The notes under the pieces: model-generated
Databases searched by the model: none
Seen by the model: only the letters and a program-made list of their open reading frames with translations
What the model was told of the DNA's origin: nothing
Source: Candidatus Hydrogenedentales bacterium
GTDB lineage: Bacteria > Hydrogenedentota > Hydrogenedentia > Hydrogenedentales > GCA-2746185
Reading direction: 5' to 3'
Length of the DNA stretch: 64,000 nucleotides
Assembly (NCBI GenBank): GCA_038916785.1
Contig: JBCLBO010000001.1
Location: forward strand, 1,676-65,675
Translations under genes and position numbers: made by a program
In this document: in pieces, positions 9,001 to 22,069 of the stretch
How the letters are laid out: each line of letters opens with the position of its first letter
Position numbering within the stretch: the first letter of the stretch is position 1

Positions 9001-11469
9001 TTAGGCCTCGGGTTCGTCTGGGCCGGTGAGATCCTCTTCCTTTGAGCTGCCCACGGCGCGGGCGGCGGCGCTGACTTTGGCGCCTTCAGTGGGACTCATG
9101 AGCTTGACGCCTTGGGTGTTTCGGCCGATGGCGCGGATGTCCTTCACCGCCGAGCGGATCACGATGCCGTTGGTGGCGGCGAGCACCAGTTCGTCTCGGT
9201 CGTCCACCGTGAGCATGCCGATGACGTTTCCGTTGCGCTCCGTGGTTTTGATGTTGATGACGCCGGAGCCGCCGCGGTGTTGCAGCCGGTACTCGGAGAC
9301 GAGCGTGCGCTTTCCGTAGCCGTTTTCGGTGACGCTGAGAACGGTCATTTCGTCTTTCGCGAGCGAGACGCCGATGACGCGGTCGCCTTTTTCGAGGCGG
9401 ATGCCGATGACGCCGTGGGCCGTGCGTCCCATCGGGCGGACGTCGCTCTCGGGGAAGCGGATGGACATGCCGTGGTGCGTGGCGATGAGGATGTTGTCCT
9501 GGCCGGAGGTGAGCAAGACTGCGATGAGTTCGTCGCCTTTGTCGAGATCGATGGCGATGATGCCGACGTTGCGCGGGTTGCTGAACAGCTTGAGGTCGGT
9601 TTTTTTGATCGTGCCGAGCGTGGTGACCATGAGCACGAACAATTCGGCGTTTAGGTCGCGCACGGGCAGGAAGGCGGTGACGCGTTCCTCGCCTTTGAGG
9701 TCGAGCACATTGGCGATGCTTCGGCCGCGCGCCGTGCGGCTGGCTTTCGGGAGCTCATGCACTTTTCGCCAGTGGAGCCGGCCGGTGTTGGTGAAGAAGA
9801 GCATGTAGTCGTGCGTGGAGGCGATGAAGAGGTCTTGGACGAAGTCCTCTTCCTTCGTGTCCATGCCGGCGACGCCGCGTCCGCCGCGGCGCTGGCTGCG
9901 GTAGGTGCTCACCGGGAGGCGTTTGATGTAGCCGGAGTTGGACACGGTCACGACCATATCTTCTTCGGCGATGAGGTCTTCGACGGTGAATTCGTCCGTC
10001 TCGGAGAGGATTTCGGTCCGGCGGGCGTCGCCGTAGGTCTCGCGGATATGATCGACTTCGCGGCGGACTTCGGCGAGCATCGTCTTGCGGCCGGAGAGGA
10101 TGGTGCGCAGGAGCTCGATTTCCATGAGGATCTGTTTGTATTCCTCGTCGAGTTCCTTGCGCTCCAGCCCCGTGAGACGGCGCAGGCGCATGGCGAGAAT
10201 GGCGTTCGCCTGGACCTCGGAGAGCTTGAAGCGCTTCATCAATTTCTTTTGCGCGTCGTCGGTGTCGGAGGCTTTGCGGATGATCGCGATGACTTCGTCG
10301 ATGTTGTCGATGGCGATTTTGAGGCCTTCGAGGATGTGGGCGCGGTCCTCGGCGGCTTTGAGGTCGAATTTCGTGCGGCGCTCGACGATGACAATGCGGT
10401 GTTCGATGTAGTAATAGACGAGTTCGCGCAGCGAGAGCACGCGCGGCATGTTGTTCACCAGCGCGAGCATGATGATGCTGTGCGTTTCCTGCATCTGCGT
10501 GTGCTTGTAGAGCTGGTTCAGCACGACTTCGGGTTCGTCGCCCTTGCGGATTTCGATGACGATGCGCATGCCGTCTTTGTCGGACTCGTCGCGCAGATCG
10601 CTGATGCCTTCGATGGTCTTCGCGCGCGCGAGCTCGGCGATGGATTCGAGCAGGCGCGACTTGTTCACCTGGTAAGGGATTTCGGAGACGATGATGCGAT
10701 CGCGGCCGCCCTTGGGGTCGCTCTCGATGGCGGCGCGCGCACGCACGGCCAGGCGTCCGCGGCCGGTCTCGTAGGCCTCCCGCAGGCCGACCGTGCCGTA
10801 GATGATGCCGCCGGTGGGGAAGTCGGGGCCCTTGACGAATCGCATGAGGTCGCGCGAGGTGGCGTCGGGGTTTTCGATGAGATGGGTGATGGCGTCGCAG
10901 ACTTCGCGCAGGTTGTGCGGCGGGCAACTGGTGGCCATGCCGACGGCGATGCCGTAGGAGCCGTTGACGAGCAGGTTCGGAAAAGCGGCGGGGAGCAGGG
11001 CGGGTTCGAGGCGGCTACCGTCGTAATTCGGCCTCATGTCCACCGTGTTCTTGTCGATGTCGGCGAGAAGGTTGGCGGTGATGGCCTGCAACTTGGCTTC
11101 GGTGTATCGCATGGCCGCGGGGCTGTCGCCGTCGACGGAGCCGAAGTTACCCTGGCCTTGGATGAGGGGGTAGCGCATATTCCATTCTTGGGCCATGCGG
11201 ACGAGAGAGTCGTAGATCGCGCCGTCGCCGTGCGGGTGATACTTGCCCATCGTGTCGCCGACGATGAGCGCGGCCTTGCGGAAGGAGCGGCCGCTGGAGA
11301 GGCCGAGCTCGTTCATGGAGTAGAGGATGCGGCGGTGGACCGGCTTAAGGCCGTCGCGCACGTCGGGCAGCGCGCGGCTGACGATGACGCTCATGGAGTA
11401 GTCCATGAACGAGGTCTTCATTTCGTGTTCGAGGTCTCTGGAGACTATTTTTTCGTTTTCGGTGTACAT
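9001..11469 (-). CDS. gyrA: DNA gyrase subunit A
   Basis: 822 aa. N-terminus [31 protein letters not shown] and active-site Tyr motif [11 protein letters not shown]-terminal beta-pinwheel repeats are present. Confidence 0.97.
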   Translation of the reverse strand: MYTENEKIVSRDLEHEMKTSFMDYSMSVIVSRALPDVRDGLKPVHRRILYSMNELGLSSGRSFRKAALIVGDTMGKYHPHGDGAIYDSLVRMAQEWNMRYPLIQGQGNFGSVDGDSPAAMRYTEAKLQAITANLLADIDKNTVDMRPNYDGSRLEPALLPAAFPNLLVNGSYGIAVGMATSCPPHNLREVCDAITHLIENPDATSRDLMRFVKGPDFPTGGIIYGTVGLREAYETGRGRLAVRARAAIESDPKGGRDRIIVSEIPYQVNKSRLLESIAELARAKTIEGISDLRDESDKDGMRIVIEIRKGDEPEVVLNQLYKHTQMQETHSIIMLALVNNMPRVLSLRELVYYYIEHRIVIVERRTKFDLKAAEDRAHILEGLKIAIDNIDEVIAIIRKASDTDDAQKKLMKRFKLSEVQANAILAMRLRRLTGLERKELDEEYKQILMEIELLRTILSGRKTMLAEVRREVDHIRETYGDARRTEILSETDEFTVEDLIAEEDMVVTVSNSGYIKRLPVSTYRSQRRGGRGVAGMDTKEEDFVQDLFIASTHDYMLFFTNTGRLHWRKVHELPKASRTARGRSIANVLDLKGEERVTAFLPVRDLNAELFVLMVTTLGTIKKTDLKLFSNPRNVGIIAIDLDKGDELIAVLLTSGQDNILIATHHGMSIRFPESDVRPMGRTAHGVIGIRLEKGDRVIGVSLAKDEMTVLSVTENGYGKRTLVSEYRLQHRGGSGVINIKTTERNGNVIGMLTVDDRDELVLAATNGIVIRSAVKDIRAIGRNTQGVKLMSPTEGAKVSAAARAVGSSKEEDLTGPDEPEA

Positions 11470-11551
11470 GGCCCCTCTTGAATCCGTTTAGACCGGGGCG
11501 CTCTGCGCGTCCGGTGCCGCCCCATCAGCCGAAATTTTTTACGGCTTGCAG

Positions 11552-14435
<2,884 letters not shown>

Positions 14436-14458
14436 GAGGCAGCCTCGGATGAACGCCC

Positions 14459-14538
14459 GTAGGGGCGGCCCCCCGTGGCCGCCCTGCACATCGGCGCGCC
14501 CCGCACGTACGAGGGCGGCCACAGGGGGCCGCCCCTAC
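14459..14538. repeat. REP family D doublet (REPIN-like): GTAGGGGCGGCCCCCCGTGGCCGCCCT / inverted copy, 26-nt spacer
   Basis: The 27-nt arms at 14459-14485 and 14512-14538 are reverse complements apart from a 1-nt bulge in the C/G run. The same arms recur at 29089-29115 and 29255-29281. Confidence 0.85.
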
Positions 14539-14571
14539 GGTTGGCCGATTCGCGACTGGTCAGACGCCTCT

Positions 14572-15642
14572 TCATGACGGCGCGAGGCGACCGGCTTCGA
14601 TGACGAATTCGAGCGTGGGGCGCGACTCAGGGGCTACGCTTCGCGCGAGGTCGGTGGTGGTGATGAAGCACTGCGCGTCGGCGGGAATCGCGTCGAAGAG
14701 CTGCGTGGCGCGTTGCGCGTCGAGTTCGGCGAGGACCTCGTCCAGCATCAGGACCGGTAACTCGCCGGTGCGCGCGTGCGCGTGACCCATCTCGGCCAGC
14801 CGGAGCGCGAGCGCGGCGGATTTTTGCTGGCCCTGCGAGGCGTGGCTGCGCGCGGGGTTTCCGGCGACCGCGATCTCGATGTCGTCCCGGTGCGGGCCGT
14901 GCACGGTCATTTTGCGGCGGATGTCGGAGTCGCGCTTGGCGCGGAGGACATCGGCGAGTGTGCCCGCGGGACACTCCGGCGCGTAGGCCAGCGCGAGCGC
15001 TTCGCCGCCGGCGATATGTGCGTAGGCCTCGGCGGCAAGCCGGCACAGGTCGGCCACGAATGCCGCGCGGCCTACGATGACGACTTCGCCCTCGCGCGCG
15101 AGCTGCACGTCCCACACGTCGAGCAGTCCTGTGTCGGGCCGGGGCGCGCGGAGCAGTTCATTGCGCTGGCGGAGCACCTGGCGGTAATTCTGCAGCGCGG
15201 CGAGGTAGGCCGGTTCGAGTTGAGAGAGGGCCATGTCGAGAAATCGCCGGCGCAGGGCGGAGCCGCTTTTGATCAGCGCGATGTCTTCGGGTGCGAAGAG
15301 GACGACACCCACTTTGCCGAGCATGTCGCTGAGGCGTTTTTGCGCGACGCCGTTGATTTTGACGCGCTTCTGGCCCTTCCACCAATGCGTTTCGAGAATG
15401 ACCTCCCGCTGCGCGCGCTGGACGTCGATTCGGATGTGGAATTCCTCCGCGCCGGCCTGCGCCAGATCGCTCTCGATGGTCGTGCGGTGGCTTTTGGAGG
15501 TGGCCGCGAAGAGGATGGCTTCGAGCAGCGAGGTCTTTCCCTGCGCGTTGCGTCCGCGGACTAAGTTGATGCCGGGCCCGGGCTGGAGATCGATCTCGCG
15601 CAGGCAGCGGAAGGAGCGGCAATAGAAACGGGAAACGTGCAT
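14572..15642 (-). CDS. recF: DNA replication and repair protein RecF
   Basis: Walker A GRNAQGKTSLLEA, SMC-like signature SQGQQKSAALALRLA, and Walker B LPVLMLDEVLAELD. Confidence 0.93.
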   Translation of the reverse strand: MHVSRFYCRSFRCLREIDLQPGPGINLVRGRNAQGKTSLLEAILFAATSKSHRTTIESDLAQAGAEEFHIRIDVQRAQREVILETHWWKGQKRVKINGVAQKRLSDMLGKVGVVLFAPEDIALIKSGSALRRRFLDMALSQLEPAYLAALQNYRQVLRQRNELLRAPRPDTGLLDVWDVQLAREGEVVIVGRAAFVADLCRLAAEAYAHIAGGEALALAYAPECPAGTLADVLRAKRDSDIRRKMTVHGPHRDDIEIAVAGNPARSHASQGQQKSAALALRLAEMGHAHARTGELPVLMLDEVLAELDAQRATQLFDAIPADAQCFITTTDLARSVAPESRPTLEFVIEAGRLAPS

Positions 15643-15874
15643 GTCAATCTATTGGAGACCCTTCGTGACCCCACGGGTCGTAATCGTACTCGTACTCGGC
15701 ATCGTTATCGTAATCGGAGAACCGGCGAGAACCTTCGCGATCGAATCGGGGAAGGGCAGAACCCGACATGATTTACAGGAGTGACAAGATCGGTTCTCCC
15801 CATCGTGCCCATCCTGCCTAATTGCTCTTGAGCGTCGCGTCTCGGAGAACGCTTCGGTATTGGCGGGGATATTT

Positions 15875-16723
15875 CTACGCCGCGATGCCGATGAGTTCGT
15901 CAATGGACTCATGGCTCTGTGACAGGACCTCGACGGCCGCGGCGACCTGGTCGGGATCGAGTCCCGATTCTTCCCACATGCCGGGGTTGTCGGGGATGGC
16001 GGCGCCGTTGAGCGCCGGGAAGCCGGCCTGGTAGCACATCCAGTCTCCGGCGGCCACGAAGGCCGCTCGGCGGCGCTGCTGGGGCGTGGCGCATCGCGTG
16101 ACGTCGTGGTGGCCGCCGATCGCGGCGACGAGGTCCTCTTGTAGTTTCCACCGCGTGCCGAGCAGGGCGCCGAGTTCGGCATGGTCGACTCCGAGTTCGC
16201 GGTGCTCGATCACGTGCGCGGGGAACTTTCCCTCGATGACCTTGGCGGATATCCGCTCCCATTCGGCGGGCAGGTTTTGCTGCATGATGATCTTGCCCAC
16301 ATCGTGCAGGAGTCCATACATGAAGGCCTCGTTGGGGTCGGAAATCGCGGCGCCAGCACGATTGGAAAGGATGCGGCCGGCGGTGCCGCAGGCGACGGCA
16401 TGGCGCAGGAGCGAGGCCTCGCCGCCTTTGAAGGTTTCGAAGACGGAGGCGGTAAGGATGAGATTTCGGACAACCTTTATGCCGAGCAGCACAACGCCCC
16501 GCTCGACGGAATTGACCTTGTCGCGCAGGGAGTAGAACGCGGAATTCACGAGCCGGAGCGATTTGAAGGAGAGCGAGGGGTCCTGGGCGATGGCCTTGCC
16601 GACGTCTTGCAGGCTCGCGTTGGGGTCATCGAGCATTTGCATGATGCGCACGACGGTGGTGGGGAGGCTGGGCAGCGTGACGAGGTTGTCCAGTATCGAT
16701 TCGATTCTGGCGGACTTGTCCAT
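15875..16723 (-). CDS. HDOD domain signalling protein
   Basis: 282 aa. LPSLPTTVVRIMQMLDDPNASLQDVGKAIAQDPSLSFKSLRLVNSAFY...GLLHDVGKIIM is the typical HDOD layout. Confidence 0.85.
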   Translation of the reverse strand: MDKSARIESILDNLVTLPSLPTTVVRIMQMLDDPNASLQDVGKAIAQDPSLSFKSLRLVNSAFYSLRDKVNSVERGVVLLGIKVVRNLILTASVFETFKGGEASLLRHAVACGTAGRILSNRAGAAISDPNEAFMYGLLHDVGKIIMQQNLPAEWERISAKVIEGKFPAHVIEHRELGVDHAELGALLGTRWKLQEDLVAAIGGHHDVTRCATPQQRRRAAFVAAGDWMCYQAGFPALNGAAIPDNPGMWEESGLDPDQVAAAVEVLSQSHESIDELIGIAA

Positions 16724-16942
16724 TGCCGGCGATTCCCCCTTGCCGCGTCTACCGCGCTGCTGAGATCCGTGGTCGGCCCGGCATCGCGCACGATCGTGTG
16801 GCGAGGGGCCTGGTTCGGAGACGAGATTGCTTCGCTACCGCTCGCAATGACGGAGCTAGCGCCCGCACTGACGGGGCCACCGCTCGCACTGACGGGTCAG
16901 GCAGAGTTCTCGGAGAAGGCTTGGGGCTCGCACCGGGGGCGA

Positions 16943-17326
16943 TTAGAATAGATACTCCGGCTCGATCATGGGGTCGTATCCGACCTTCTCATCCTGGTCC
17001 CAGAATCCGAAAAACTCGTAGACGCCGATTCCGAAGCGCATGAAGAATTTTGTCGTGCCGACGACGGTGCCGTGGGCGATGACTTGGGTGAGCGGACGCC
17101 CCTGGCGAATACTGCGGTCCCACGCGAGGGGAATTTCGGCCCATCCGAAGAGGACATTCGAGAGGCCGCGTCCCATCTTTTCAAGGCGCTCCTGGAATTT
17201 GGTCGGATGGGGTACGCCCTGATCGGGATCGTAGCTTTGCGCGGCGGCGATGGGCGAGACGATCATGGAGGCGATTACGAGGAGCGCAATCAGCCGAAAC
17301 GATTTGACCGCCTGATACCGCCGCAT
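16943..17326 (-). CDS. Secreted small protein, TIGR04073-like (exosortase-system-associated family)
   Basis: Signal peptide MRRYQAVKSFRLIALLVIASMIVSPIAAA. Core GRGLSNVLFGWAEIPL...GTVVGTTKFFMRFGIGVYEFFGF...EPEY resembles my memory of TIGR04073. ATG at 17326 has GGAGG 7 nt upstream. Confidence 0.5.
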   Translation of the reverse strand: MRRYQAVKSFRLIALLVIASMIVSPIAAAQSYDPDQGVPHPTKFQERLEKMGRGLSNVLFGWAEIPLAWDRSIRQGRPLTQVIAHGTVVGTTKFFMRFGIGVYEFFGFWDQDEKVGYDPMIEPEYLF

Positions 17327-17667
17327 GAATGGACCTCCGTCAAGGGACTGCGAAGAACGCCCTGAAACGAAGGATAACATAGGGGGTGTGGGGTGTCAAA
17401 CCCTATCGCGCCAATATCTTAGAGCGAAGACGGACCGTCTTGTTGTTTCGAAACATGGCGTGGCGATTGAAAAACGTATCGGTGGATGGGGGTCGGGACA
17501 GGATCGCGAAAATAGCCAAGCCATTGTTCCGCAGCGTGTTACGAAATGGGCGATCCTTGGCACGGGCCTTGGCATTTGCTGGGCAGACAATTTGGATACA
17601 GACGCCGCCGAGCGGATCGCGATCGGTCCGCGCGGCGGTTTTTGTCTCACGCGGAGGCGTGGAGAGA

Positions 17668-18558
17668 TTAGTCGCGGAGCGGGACGTTTTTGCGGACGAC
17701 TCGGCCGTGTTCGCGCGTGAGGAGGGTGATCGAGTCGACGCCGTTGGCGACGAGGTAGTCGCGGGCGAGACCGATGTCTTTGCCCACTTGCGCGGGGCCG
17801 TGGCTGTCGTCGCCGAAACAGAAGGGGATGCCGCGCGCGTGCGCTTCGCGCACGAGCCAGGGGCGGGGATACGGAGAGCCGAGTCCCTTGCGGATGCCGG
17901 CGGTGTTCAGATCGAGGATGCCGTTGTGCGCGCGGACGACGTCGAGCGCGGCGAGCGCCGATTCGCGGACGGGGGGCGTCTCAACGGACTCGGGCGTGGG
18001 CGCGTTTCGGCGGACGAGATCGAAATGCGTGACGATCTCGGGGCGCAGCGCGCGGACCATCTCGGCAAGGTCGGAATAGTAGGCGATAGCGAGACGCTCG
18101 ACGCTCCCGGCGATCTCAACGGCCTTCGCATAGAGCGGCGGCGGGCCATCGATGGTCGTATCGAAGACGTGATGGACGGAACCGGCGATATATTCGAATC
18201 GGTATTTCTCGCGTAGCGCGAGCATGGTGTCGGCGTAGGACTCTTTCGGCACGGCCTCGGTCTCGAATCCGCGCAAGACGACCAGGCGCCCCTCGAATTC
18301 CTGCGAAAGTTCCGCAAGGTCGCGGGCGTAGTCGTCGAATTTCCGGTGCAGCGTGTCGAGGTCCCAGCCGAGCGCGCGCTCCTCGTCGTAGAGGTAGCGC
18401 TCGTGCGGGCGCGGGGCGTGCTCGGTGACGCCGAAGGTTTGGTAGCCGAACTCGGCCGCGGCTTCGAGGACTTCGCGCAACGTACCCACGGCGTGATCGC
18501 AGTACGTGCCGGAGTGTCCGCCGTGGAGCGAGACTTTCCAGGGTGTTGATTCTGGCAT
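17668..18558 (-). CDS. Histidinol-phosphatase, HisJ/PHP family
   Basis: N-terminus KVSLHGGHSGTYCDHAVGTLREVLEAAAEFGYQTFGVTEHAPR has the PHP metal-binding His pattern. ATG at 18558. The upstream 129 codons of the ORF track are R/P-rich and were rejected. Confidence 0.8.
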   Translation of the reverse strand: MPESTPWKVSLHGGHSGTYCDHAVGTLREVLEAAAEFGYQTFGVTEHAPRPHERYLYDEERALGWDLDTLHRKFDDYARDLAELSQEFEGRLVVLRGFETEAVPKESYADTMLALREKYRFEYIAGSVHHVFDTTIDGPPPLYAKAVEIAGSVERLAIAYYSDLAEMVRALRPEIVTHFDLVRRNAPTPESVETPPVRESALAALDVVRAHNGILDLNTAGIRKGLGSPYPRPWLVREAHARGIPFCFGDDSHGPAQVGKDIGLARDYLVANGVDSITLLTREHGRVVRKNVPLRD

Positions 18559-18681
18559 GGGGCGGGCGCACCTTTGATGACGGCGCACGTTAACAGAGCG
18601 GCGGTGGCGCGGACAAGCGGCCTTGCGCGGGGCGGGCCGCCGTGCGAGACTGTGCGGCACTGTAGGGAGGGAGTTCAGACT

Positions 18682-19548
18682 ATGCGGAACGTACTCATCG
18701 CACTCTTGGTCTCGGCGGGCGCATCGGCGCAGCTTACGGCGGGCCCGGTGGAGTTGGTGTCCGACAAGAACAATTTCTCGGAGGGCCCGCTGTGGCTTGG
18801 GGAGGGGAAGTGGATTTTTAGCGACATTCCGAAGAACGGGATTTTCGCCGCGGACGGATCGGTGTACCGGCAGCCGAGCAACGGCGCGAACGGACTGACG
18901 CTGGATCGGCAGGGGCGTCTGATCGCGTGCGAGAGTATGAAGCACCGGATCACGCGGACCGAGGCGGACGGCACGATCACGGTGCTGGCCGAGAGCTACG
19001 ACGACAAACCGCTCAATGGCACGAACGACGTCGTGGTTGGCGTGGACGGCACGATCTATTTCACCGACCCGACCGGGCCGAAGAAGGACGACGGGACTGG
19101 GCAGGGATTCAGCGGCGTGTACGCAATCGCGCCGGACGGTCCGAGCCTCACGCTGATTTCCGATGATCTGAAGTATCCGAACGGCATCTCGATGGCGCCC
19201 GACGGCAAGACGCTCTACGTGGGCGATTTTCTTGGCGGCTTCATTCGCGCGTATGACCTGTCCGCGGAGGGGAAGGCAAGCAACCCCCGCGTGTTCTGCG
19301 AGGTGAAGAATCCCGACGGATTCAAGGTGGACATGGCGGGGCGCGTGTGGTCGTCGTCGTCAAAAGGGATTCAGGTGTTTGGTGCGGATGGAAAATTCAT
19401 CGAGACCGTGGACTTTCTGGGGACGCCGACGAACTGCGCGTTTGGAGGCGCCGATGGGCGGACCCTGTTTATCACCGCGCGCAAGATGGTTTATACGGTG
19501 TTGGTGAAGGAGCCCGGCATCGTGCCCGCGGCGCAGGCGGCCCAGTAG
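18682..19548 (+). CDS. SMP-30/gluconolactonase/LRE-family beta-propeller protein (secreted)
   Basis: Signal peptide MRNVLIALLVSAGASA. Family motifs include EGPLW, NGANGLTLDRQGRLIACE, NGTNDVVV..DGTIYFTDP and PNGI..APDGKTLYV. ATG at 18682 follows GGAGGGAG. Confidence 0.85.
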   Translation: MRNVLIALLVSAGASAQLTAGPVELVSDKNNFSEGPLWLGEGKWIFSDIPKNGIFAADGSVYRQPSNGANGLTLDRQGRLIACESMKHRITRTEADGTITVLAESYDDKPLNGTNDVVVGVDGTIYFTDPTGPKKDDGTGQGFSGVYAIAPDGPSLTLISDDLKYPNGISMAPDGKTLYVGDFLGGFIRAYDLSAEGKASNPRVFCEVKNPDGFKVDMAGRVWSSSSKGIQVFGADGKFIETVDFLGTPTNCAFGGADGRTLFITARKMVYTVLVKEPGIVPAAQAAQ

Positions 19549-19666
19549 TGAATTGCAAAATGGCAGGCGTGGGCCTAGAATCCGGGCCTGCTGAATATGG
19601 CGCCCGGCGAGCATCGCGTGCGCGAAACCGCGGCGCACGAAGGCGCCGCGCACAGTCAGGGCATGG

Positions 19667-20572
19667 ATGACCCCAGTGGACTATCTGAATCAAGGCCCGT
19701 CCGAGGGCGGCAACTACGAGCACGCGTGGGCGGGCATCTATTTGTCCGCGCATCTCGTCTCGGACATTGGCAAGCGGCGCGAGCGGAACGAAGACTCGTG
19801 TCTGATGGCGGCGCCGAACGACATCGACCTGCTCGATAGTTGCGGGTTCCTCTTTGCCGTGGCCGACGGGATGGGCGGCGCGAGCGCGGGGGAGCGGGCG
19901 AGCCGGCTCGCGCTTGATACCTTCTCGGAGTCGTTCTACCGGGGCGCTCCGACGAACCTGCCCGAGCGGATGCGGATGTCGATTGAGGACGCGAACGCGA
20001 AGGTCTACCAGGCCTCCGAGAGCGATCCGGAGTTGCACGGCATGGGCACTACGCTGACGGCGATGACACTCGTGGGCGACGCGGCCTATGTTGGGCAGGT
20101 GGGGGACAGCCGGGTGTACTTGCAACGGCCCGACGCGCCGCTCGTGCAGTTGACCGAGGACCATTCGCTCGTGGCCGAGCAGTTGCGCGAGGGCCTGCTC
20201 AGCGCCGAGGAGGCGCGCAATCACGTGATGAAAAACCTGATCACGCGCGCGATTGGGATCAAGACTGAAGTGGAAGTGGATCTCTACGGCGTACAGGTGC
20301 AGAAGGGCGACACGCTGCTGCTGTGCTCCGACGGACTCTGCAACTTCGTCAGCGATCCCGACATCGCCAATTGCCTGCACGTGAAGACGCCGCGCGCCGC
20401 CGCGCGGCTGCTCGTGGGCAAGGCGCTCGAGGGCGGCGGGAACGACAACATCACCGTCGCGGTCATTCGCGTGACGGATTCTCCGCCGCGCCGGCCGCTC
20501 CAGTTGGGGTGCAGGCCCGTGGAAACCCCGCAGACGGGGTTCGTCACGCGGCTCAAGCGGTTGTTCGGGTAG
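19667..20572 (+). CDS. PP2C-family Ser/Thr protein phosphatase
   Basis: Motifs RERNEDS, FAVADGMGG, GMGTTLTA, VGDSRVY, LCSDGL and GGNDNITV are all present. Confidence 0.9.
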   Translation: MTPVDYLNQGPSEGGNYEHAWAGIYLSAHLVSDIGKRRERNEDSCLMAAPNDIDLLDSCGFLFAVADGMGGASAGERASRLALDTFSESFYRGAPTNLPERMRMSIEDANAKVYQASESDPELHGMGTTLTAMTLVGDAAYVGQVGDSRVYLQRPDAPLVQLTEDHSLVAEQLREGLLSAEEARNHVMKNLITRAIGIKTEVEVDLYGVQVQKGDTLLLCSDGLCNFVSDPDIANCLHVKTPRAAARLLVGKALEGGGNDNITVAVIRVTDSPPRRPLQLGCRPVETPQTGFVTRLKRLFG

Positions 20573-20641
20573 GGAGGACCTTAGTCCTCCGGCTCCGCGT
20601 GAGGACTATGATCTTTTCGATGACGAGTTAAAGCGTCTAAC

Positions 20642-20703
20642 AATACCCGACGCCGGCCGCCATGAACCCGCATGGGCGGGCCGCCCATGCTACGATCGTT
20701 GGG
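20642..20703. repeat. REP family A, extended 62-bp copy
   Basis: AATACCCGACGCCGGCCGCCATGAACCCGCATGGGCGGGCCGCCCATGCTACGATCGTTGGG matches 6969-7030 with about 2 mismatches. Confidence 0.85.
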
Positions 20704-20725
20704 AGTTGTTACAGGCCTTTGGTAT

Positions 20726-21502
20726 TTATGCCGGATCTTCGGCGGGCGCCGTGGCGGGTTCCGGAGCGACAGACTCCGGGGCCGGCTCCGGGGGCGCTGG
20801 TTCCGCGGATTCGGTTTTCGCTTTCGGCACGAAGGTGATCGAACCCTGCTCAAGTTTTACTGAATCGATCTGGCGGATGAGGGTGCGCGCGTCGGGGTCG
20901 TGGTCCCAGCGATCGGCAAAATCCTCGCCGCGCGTTTGCGTGAGATACCGCTCGGGGACGGCCTCGCCCTTGAAGGTGGCGGACTCGAGATAAATGTCCG
21001 GGTCGTCGTTGTTCAGCGAGACGTCAAAGGTCGCGGAGCCGTTGAAGTAGCGGCCGTGGAATCCGGGAAACCAGTCGAGCGCTACGCTCAATTTTCCAGT
21101 GACTCCGCCGTCTTCGATCACCAGGTACAGCAGTCCGCCGTAGATGTCTTTCAGGTCCGGGTGGTTTTGCAGGAGCGCGTTCAATTCCTGCTCGCTCAGC
21201 GTCAGGCTGGGCAGCGGTTTTGCGGCGCGCAGGTCGCGGGCGTATTCGTCCACGCGGGTGATGAGCGCCTGGATCTGGTCTGCCGGAATGTCGATCGTCG
21301 GCAGCTCGACTGGCGCGGTCTCGGTGTACTTCTCGCGGACCTCGCGCACGAAATTGCGTCCGACGATGAACGCGATCAAGCCGCCGATCAGCGCGAGCAC
21401 GACTAGCGTGACGCAGCCGTAGAGGAAGCAGTTCCCGCGGTCCTCGCGGAAACGCGGCAAGAGCGTTTGGAGCGGACGATTGTCGTTCATGTACGGCCTC
21501 AT
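20726..21502 (-). CDS. Hypothetical single-pass membrane protein with Pro/Ala/Glu-rich tail
   Basis: 258-aa ORF with one TM helix (FLYGCVTLVVLALIGGLIAFIV). No family recognised. Coding status is supported by length and by non-shadow-like composition. Confidence 0.5.
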   Translation of the reverse strand: MRPYMNDNRPLQTLLPRFREDRGNCFLYGCVTLVVLALIGGLIAFIVGRNFVREVREKYTETAPVELPTIDIPADQIQALITRVDEYARDLRAAKPLPSLTLSEQELNALLQNHPDLKDIYGGLLYLVIEDGGVTGKLSVALDWFPGFHGRYFNGSATFDVSLNNDDPDIYLESATFKGEAVPERYLTQTRGEDFADRWDHDPDARTLIRQIDSVKLEQGSITFVPKAKTESAEPAPPEPAPESVAPEPATAPAEDPA

Positions 21503-21715
21503 CGTTTTGACTCTCCCTCATGGTACATGGGTCTCGGCGTCAGGCCAATCTACCGCGCCGGGCGGAATTTATTCATGTCCTCAGCAGCCCGTTGAGGTCG
21601 CCAGAGTGGAAGAGCCGTCGCGGCTCTGCTGAAGCGGCGAGACGCCGCTTCCACTCTGGCGGCCCGATGACTTGAGAGCACAGGGTACGCCGCGTTGGAG
21701 TTTTTCAACGGGCTT

Positions 21716-22069
21716 TCAGCGGCGGCGCGGGCCGCGGCGGCGGCGGTGGTGGCGCTTTCGGCGGGAGGTGTTGCGGGCGGGGGGCTCGCCCGTCCCGGTG
21801 GCCATGCGCGCGCCGGCGTCGCCCACTTCGAAGACGGCGGCTTCGCCGGCGGCGTTGAAGTTTTCGCAGCGCGGGCACTGCGAGAGTTCCTCCGCTTGTT
21901 CGTCGAGGTAGGTGCAGCCGCAAAAGGTGCATTTCCAGAGAAACTGCTGGCCGAGGCGGCGTTGTGGCCGGCGCACGTTGATCTCGGTGTAGAGCCAGAT
22001 GCCGCCGGCGAGCAGGCCGAGCAGAATCGAGTACAGCGCGAGGGCCTGGGGCAGCTCGATGGTAATCAC
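21716..22069 (-). CDS. Small membrane protein with CxxC...CxxC zinc-ribbon and Arg-rich tail
   Basis: N-terminal TM helix (ALALYSILLGLLAGGIWLY), then CTFCGCTYLDEQAEELSQCPRCENF. The GTG start overlaps the tonB-like stop (GTGA), which implies operon membership. Confidence 0.5.
   Translation of the reverse strand: MITIELPQALALYSILLGLLAGGIWLYTEINVRRPQRRLGQQFLWKCTFCGCTYLDEQAEELSQCPRCENFNAAGEAAVFEVGDAGARMATGTGEPPARNTSRRKRHHRRRRGPRRR

Noticed and set aside
9757-11481. 574-aa + strand ORF covering most of the gyrA locus
   Set aside because: It is antisense to an unmistakable gyrA gene. Its composition is dominated by G/A/V/D/E/R, as expected for a shadow ORF in GC-rich DNA, and no motifs were recognised.
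17668-18945. 425-aa version of the HisJ-family ORF
   Set aside because: The first 129 codons are Arg/Pro-rich and overlap the divergent SMP-30 gene's upstream region. Homology-like sequence starts at the ATG at 18558.
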